Below, piece after piece: positions 58,111 to 64,000 of a stretch of 64,000 bases of DNA (positions are counted from its first letter, which is position 1; each line of letters begins with the position of its first letter). The stretch spans positions 26,412,001 through 26,476,000 of the forward strand of contig CM022679.1 of NCBI GenBank assembly GCA_012295275.1. The letters are read 5' to 3'. This DNA comes from Chrysomallon squamiferum. Taxonomy: Eukaryota > Animalia > Mollusca. The position numbers and the translations under genes are program-made. The notes under the pieces are model-generated. The model made no database searches and was not told the DNA's origin. It saw only the letters and a program-made list of their open reading frames with translations.

Positions 58111-58861
58111 AACTTATTATAATAAGTTTATCATTAATATCACAATTACTAGTTATAACATAATATAAAAGATAGCTTAATAAAGTTATTTTTGTTATTA
58201 TTATATAACTTAATAACATTACCTTATCATGATCAAACACTTTCAGTTCACCAGTGCTAAAGACAACTGGAATACCAGGCTGTGTATTTTCAATAATAGT
58301 AGCTTTCACTGTAGAGTTTGAAAATGTTGGTGTGTTGTCATTGACATCTTCTATATTGATTGTCAAAGTTCCTGAAGCACAGTTTTATGAAAAAATGATT
58401 ATAATCAGAACCAACAAATGAAAAAGAAAACAAAAATAGACACACTATGCTAATCCATAAAAAATTAGTTTTTAAAAAGCTTGGATCATACAGTGATAAA
58501 CTTCAGTAAGATCCATTAGTACACAGAATGGTTTAAATGAGTGGTTTTCAAAGTTATCAAACCCTAGGAGGCTATGGGAATTTCTGAAGAGTTGATAAAT
58601 GTAATTAATTTGCTGTTTTTCCTGTTTTTCATTTAGTGTGCATTGTCAAAAAGGTTCTTTCCATTTTTATGGAATGGCTTGAAAAGAGTAATAAGTGCTG
58701 GAGATGAAGATGGAAATGCAAGGGGGCAGTGACAAAAAGCAGAGTTCTCCCAAAGCCAGAAACACACAGCAATGGTTATAATAAAGTAAATGGAATAATT
58801 ATTCAATCTGCATAATGTGAGAATAAAAATAATAAATAATAGCAAATGAAGATGATAATGG

Positions 58862-58892
<31 letters not shown>

Positions 58893-61800
58893 GAGCAGGA
58901 GGAAACAGATGATAAAGATGATGATGCAATATGATACCTGATGCGGTTTGGACTGATGTGTTCACTGCATTCATATCAACAACATGAACAGGCAAAATGA
59001 TTTGTCCCAAATGAACCTTCTCAATGTCAGATAGAGCAATGATTCCACCAGTGCTGCCATCAATTTTGAATGTTGTCTGTTAGGAAACAAACATCTGCTT
59101 ATAACATATATAGAAATTTAAAAATTATATATATTTCTTTATTTTAATATAAAAAAATTATTTTGTGTCTGTTTCATTATTATTTAATTAATTTAATTCT
59201 CTCAAAATGGAATCTCCTTTATTTAACAAATGTTTAAATATGAAGACATACATACACACTCACACACATGTATGAAATATTAATTAAAAAAAAAAATGTG
59301 TACTTCTGTTTCAAATGAAAGTAAATCTATTTCTTACCTTCAAAACTGAATTTGTAACTGGTATTCCTTCATTATCAACACCATGGACATTTTTCCAGTC
59401 TATTGTGTAATTAAGACTAGCATCCTGATCACCATCATGTGCAGTGAAATTGTACACAATTGAGTTTGCTGAAACATTTTCCAACAGCGAAATCTGAAGG
59501 TTTGGATTGGGAAAAAAAGGAGATTCATCATTAACATTTGTTACATTAATAAATACAGTGGTGGTTCCAGTTCTGGATGGAGTTCCCAAGTCCATTGCTT
59601 GAACAATCAGGGAATAATTTTGGACAGATTCACGATCTAGTTCTCCAGCACGAGTGATGAGACCAGTGGCACTGTTAATTCTGAATTTGTCACCTCCTCC
59701 ACTCTTTATGATGTAAACTGTAGCATTGTTGGGGGCACTGCCATCACCATCTGATGCACTGACCATTGTTACATTTCCATCTATAATAATAACACAATTT
59801 ATTTTTAAAATTCAGTCAGTGATATTACAGGTTGACCATCACTAATCCAGCATCACTGGGTCCTATGGGATGCCAGATAAGTGATTTTGCTGGATAACTG
59901 ATTGTTAGATTGCACTCAACCCAACTGCTAACCACTTCCTATTTCCAAATATTTCCTCTTATGACTATTTGTTGTCATCACTCTATGAGTATTTTCAGGT
60001 ATAGTTCTGTATTCTATTTGTGGTAATTACTGTGTTCAGTGTGTGTCTATTGAAACTGACTAAATACTGTTGCAAGTAGAGATTCAGAAAAGGACATTTA
60101 AATCTGTAAAAGGTGGAATAATAACTGTGGGATACATTTGTCTGGGTACTGGAACACTAATCCTATCTTGAAAAATATGGATATTCCTTTTTTTTAAATG
60201 AAAGTGAAAACATGCATCCCTAAGTCCATTTATAATTGATAATTATTTTATTACCTATAATCCTATTGTAGATCTATGCTTCCATCTCTTAGAAAAATGT
60301 TGTGTTTGTGCCTCAGACTTTTAATTAAATAACACAGTCTCTGAAGTTCTTATGAAAATATCAGGACCTAAGTCACTTGTCTCAACCTAAAGTGTCAAAG
60401 TAAGTCAGTCATTGATAAACAGCAATGATTATGATGTCAAAGATTAACAAGCTCCTGGTCTATGCAACTGAAGGAGGAAAATACACTGAGGATTATTCCA
60501 AAAATCAGAAAAGAACACTTTGCATTATTGTTACTCTGTTAATGCTAGCCCTGTGTAAATGGTCAAGATGTCCCAGAAAACTAAAATTCTACAGGCTGTC
60601 AATGATGATGAGTTATCAGGACATTTTTCTTGGGAGAAAATGTAGCAGAAATTCTGGAGCAACTTTTTTCTGGAAAGGCATGAATAATGATTGCACACAT
60701 TATGAAAAATTAGCTAAGATGACACCCAGTGACTTAACACCTATCTGTACATATAACTTTTAAAGTGTTGTTTTTTTGTGTTTTTTTTAAATACATCTTT
60801 CTTGGAGCTGACATTTAAACTCAGATGTGGATCCAGGAAATATAGGAGAGGGATACTAAGATAGTCTGAAGAGCAGGTCAGCAATTGGTGGGAAACATTG
60901 AGAGGATGAGTGCCCCAAACACCAAGTCCTGCAATGGAGTGTCAAGGGCATGTACCCCCAGAAAATTTTGAAAAATATATTACATTATGGTGTATTCTGG
61001 AGACAAAAATATCAATTTGAAAGTAATAAATGTGCATGGTTTTCCCTGGACAAGTTTTGATGGTTGGGTTTATCAGAGAATTAAGCTTATCACTATATTC
61101 ACAATCATGAAACCATGCCATTAAATAGCAATACTGGAAGCAGCAATGACTGAATAGGCATTTGTCTCTTAATTATCATATATATTCTTACCATTTACAC
61201 ATACATGTAATAAAGCATATCGTTCTCGTTTATTTATCATTTAACTTTAGGAAAATCAATAACTTAAAGGAGGAAAGTTACTCAGGTCTGTATAATCTAC
61301 CCCACCTTCTGCAGCTCATGTCTTTATTTTTCTAATTCTTATTTCCTGTTATCAAATTATCCAGTTACAATTAGTACATTTATGTGAAAATATTGAGGAA
61401 AATGAGTTTTAAAAAATGTATTGTTATTTCAACCTTATTCTATATCTTAAATTATGGGCAACTAATATTCACCAAATATGAGTTCCTCCATGCATGGAGG
61501 AACAAATATTCATTCCTCCAGGGAAATAAATATTCTTTTACACTAAATTACTGACTGAACAAGATAACTGATTGCCAGATAAGTGATGGTCAACCTGTAT
61601 TTAACCATAAGTTTGCTCTGGAGCAATCAAACATACCGTAGCAGTATCATTACTGATTCCTAGAAAGGCAACCTGTGATGTAGCAAATTCCTTCCATTTA
61701 TTTTTAACTAATCAAGTTTTACAAATTGAATAAATTCATGTGCAAAATTTAGTACTTTGCAACTTTGATATCAGACTTGAACTGTTTGTAATTATTTCAG

Positions 61801-63603
61801 TCAGGGTGAAAGAGTTAATAACAAAACAAACAAAAATAGAATTAAATTAAAACAAGGAAGGAAATTAGTGGTTTACTTTTAAAATAATAAGCCAGTATAG
61901 AAATTACATATATGCAGACACACACACACACATAGACACTAACAAACAAAACTGCCACAGGTATCTGATTTTCAATTTAACAATCTTCAAATTATGTTTC
62001 CATTAACAATTATTAATCACTCATTAATTCTAAATATAAATTATTTTCTAATTTAAAAGTAAATAAGTTATTTTTCTGTGTTACATAATAAATTGCTAAT
62101 TATTTCTTTTTTCTCTCACATATTACATGATTAATATTTAAAAAAAAATCATTTTATTTTATCTTTCGTAAAATTATAAAACAAAAGTAAATATTTTAAT
62201 ATAACAAATACTTTGTTTAATTTCTTTCATACTTGCAATGATATTTTCTGGTACTGATGCTTGGTATTCTGCCTTTGTAAATTTTGGGGTAAAGTCATTT
62301 ATATCCTGTAAAAGACACAAACAAATTGTGTTTCAAATAATTCTATCATTATATGCCTGTGAAAAAAGAAACAAATAACTAAGTAAACATATAAATAAAG
62401 AGATATAAAAACATTCTTTCTTGTATTTGTACTGCTAAACTATGATTTTAATATAAATTTAGTATTGTATTTCTATTTTATAAAATATGGTGTGTGTACA
62501 ATTTGTAAGTTGGTAGATATGTACATATGGATTGATAGTTGAATGGATGTTTGAATATATCTTCATTTTATGGATGAAGGAACATGTACAGCTGCAAAAA
62601 TATGCATCCACAAAAAAACCTATAATAATTACAACTGGAATAACAACAACAGAAAAACAAAACAATTATAATAATAACAGTAAAAATACTATTACTACAA
62701 CAATAAATACTACTATTAATGATAATGATAATAACAACATAATAATAATATGATGATAATAATAACAACAGCAGCAATAACAATAATGATATCAACAGTA
62801 GTTATACTACCAATAAAAGCATCAATGATAATAATACAGTGGTAACAACAAAAATAAGAAGAAGAACAATAGCTATGATAATTATAATAATTAAATTTAA
62901 GAATAATTGTTTAACAGATCATCACCAGGTGAATATACCTGTACTGTGATGGTAGCATTCACTTCAGAACAAAGAGACACGTTCCCATGATCACATCCTT
63001 GCAGTGTTAACAATATTCGTCCATGATGAGTCTCACTTATGTTTTCATAGTCTACAGCGTGAATTAATGAAAGCACTCCATTTGATGAACTGACGTTAAA
63101 GTGGCTTTTCAGATTGGAAGGTACAGCATGCAGTAACTTGTAAGAGATTTGACTGTTTGGTGTATTTTTTTTGTCCTTGTCAACTGCCTGTTGAATAACA
63201 AGGAAAATTATAAAATGTCTATGAATATACATGTTTGTTCATTCATGCATGTATGCATTCACACAATACAAATGCACAGATTCACATGATAAACACATAT
63301 TTTGCACATCTTGAATTTTTGTATATTTAATAGACTTTTTTTCTTTTACAAATTCATATATACTCACCTTTACTTTTAACTGGCTGTCAAAATTTTTAGA
63401 GTTTTCTTTCACATAGCCCTGATAATGAGTTCTCAGGAACTGGGGCATTGTCATTAACATCACTGATGTTTATAGTTAGTGGAGCTGTTTGTCTTCGACC
63501 TCCTCCATCAGCAGCAACAATTGTTAGATAATATGTCTGTTTGGTTTCATAATCCACAGACCCATTTATCATCACTTCACCAGAGGTATGGTTTATGGTG
63601 AAT
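35505..63603 (-). CDS. Giant cadherin-related protein (CDH23/CDHR2/Cad87A-type); 5' end outside the window; about 2,440 aa and about 20 EC repeats visible
   Basis: 38 exons in transcript order: 63603-63368, 63187-62939, 62305-62233, 59780-59338, 59076-58938, 58371-58223, 57885-57733, 57147-56983, 56375-56314, 55679-55442, 54855-54613, 54190-54118, 52278-51842, 51454-51322, 50858-50704, 50030-49884, 48500-48348, 48033-47969, 47584-47344, 47107-46862, 46631-46559, 46284-45836, 45460-45322, 45070-44873, 44163-43301, 42989-42796, 42195-41973, 41466-41156, 40878-40636, 40307-40219, 39516-39427, 38932-38864, 38419-38353, 38047-37920, 37119-37079, 36621-36570, 36216-36160, 35751-35505. Ca2+-binding motifs DxNDNxP (19 linkers), LDRE/LDYE, AxDxD. 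Phases are consistent except for two homopolymer frameshifts (about 63443 and 42816). Confidence 0.93.
37328..37570. mobile_element. piggyBac-like MITE (243 bp)
   Basis: TTAA on both sides (37324-37327, 37571-37574); termini CACCTTC(cacctt)CAGTGC ... GCACTGAAGGTG are inverted repeats; no coding capacity. Confidence 0.7.
37920..38047 (-). CDS. Cadherin transmembrane exon
   Basis: EDAQEASPVNNNERLQYILGGVIGFLILVVCLGAFFFFNSMRK, followed in the next exon by the basic stop-transfer FKRKLKAAT. Confidence 0.88.
47199..47279. repeat. (GA)n microsatellite
   Basis: Direct reading; similar tracts at 48547-48618, 53952-54020, 58042-58107. Confidence 0.95.
56181..56293. repeat. 42-bp tandem repeat, about 2.7 copies, in a cadherin intron
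   Basis: GTGATTGGCTGAGATAGATGAACA at 56181, 56223, 56265; AAGAACCATCTTTGAAATTAAAAATGAAT is also duplicated at 55877 and 56072. Confidence 0.9.
59828..61597 (+). mobile_element. Decayed pogo/Tigger-like (Tc1/mariner superfamily) DNA transposon, 1770 bp
   Basis: TA|CAGGTTGACCATCACTAATCCAGCA ... TGCCAGATAAGTGATGGTCAACCTG|TA: terminal inverted repeats with TA target duplication. Broken transposase-like peptides inside (K*KHASLS at about 60201; YEKLAKMTPSDLTPICTYN at about 60701). Confidence 0.82.
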
Positions 63604-64000
63604 CTGAAAACAAATAAAAATCTTGATGGACTATGTTGTTGTCTCCCAAACAGGTGTAAAATGCTGATATCAGATTTTTTTTTTTGTTTTTTATCTCTCA
63701 TTTATGGTGCTTTGCATTTAGTAGTCAATTTAATATTTAGGTTAGATAGCAAGGTGACAATGGATTATATTTCTATAATAAGTAGAAAACATCAGAAATA
63801 TTTACTGTTAAAATGAAATAATTATGAAATTAATAAATAAATATTTTATCAGTTTTGTAGTCAGTTGAAAAAAAATTAAATTAAGTTAATTATGAAAAAT
63901 AAGCAGCAATATCAAGTACATTGAGAAACAAGAATCCTAATCTATTTAATGGGTGTATATACACACACACATATACATGCATACACACACATACATGTAG

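Noticed and set aside
60425-60763. 112-aa ORF as an independent nested gene
   Set aside because: Lies inside the TIR-bounded transposon and is better explained as decayed transposase sequence

Overview
AT-rich, microsatellite-dense animal genomic DNA with GT-AG introns; a mollusc, possibly a cephalopod, is my inference from composition and gene content only. Left to right: (1) a dead orphan copy of one sulfotransferase exon and a piece of TRIM 3' flank, suggesting the array continues left of the window; (2) two tandem + strand TRIM genes with RING, B-box1, B-box2, coiled coil, filamin-like segment and B30.2/PRY-SPRY. Copy 1 has two phase-compatible, diverged terminal B30.2 exons. Copy 2 lacks the second exon, has a 1-nt frameshift near its end, and has a very different B-box1; (3) a 7-exon - strand CHST15/GalNAc4S-6ST-like sulfotransferase; (4) an intronless - strand GT31 beta-1,3-galactosyltransferase-like CDS; (5) the 3' 38 exons of a very large - strand CDH23/CDHR2/Cad87A-type cadherin, built from a repeated 9-exon, 5-domain cassette, with a transmembrane helix and a PDZ-type C-terminus. 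Its introns contain a pogo/Tigger-like transposon and a piggyBac-like MITE. All exon boundaries were read by eye and phase-checked; no database searches were run.
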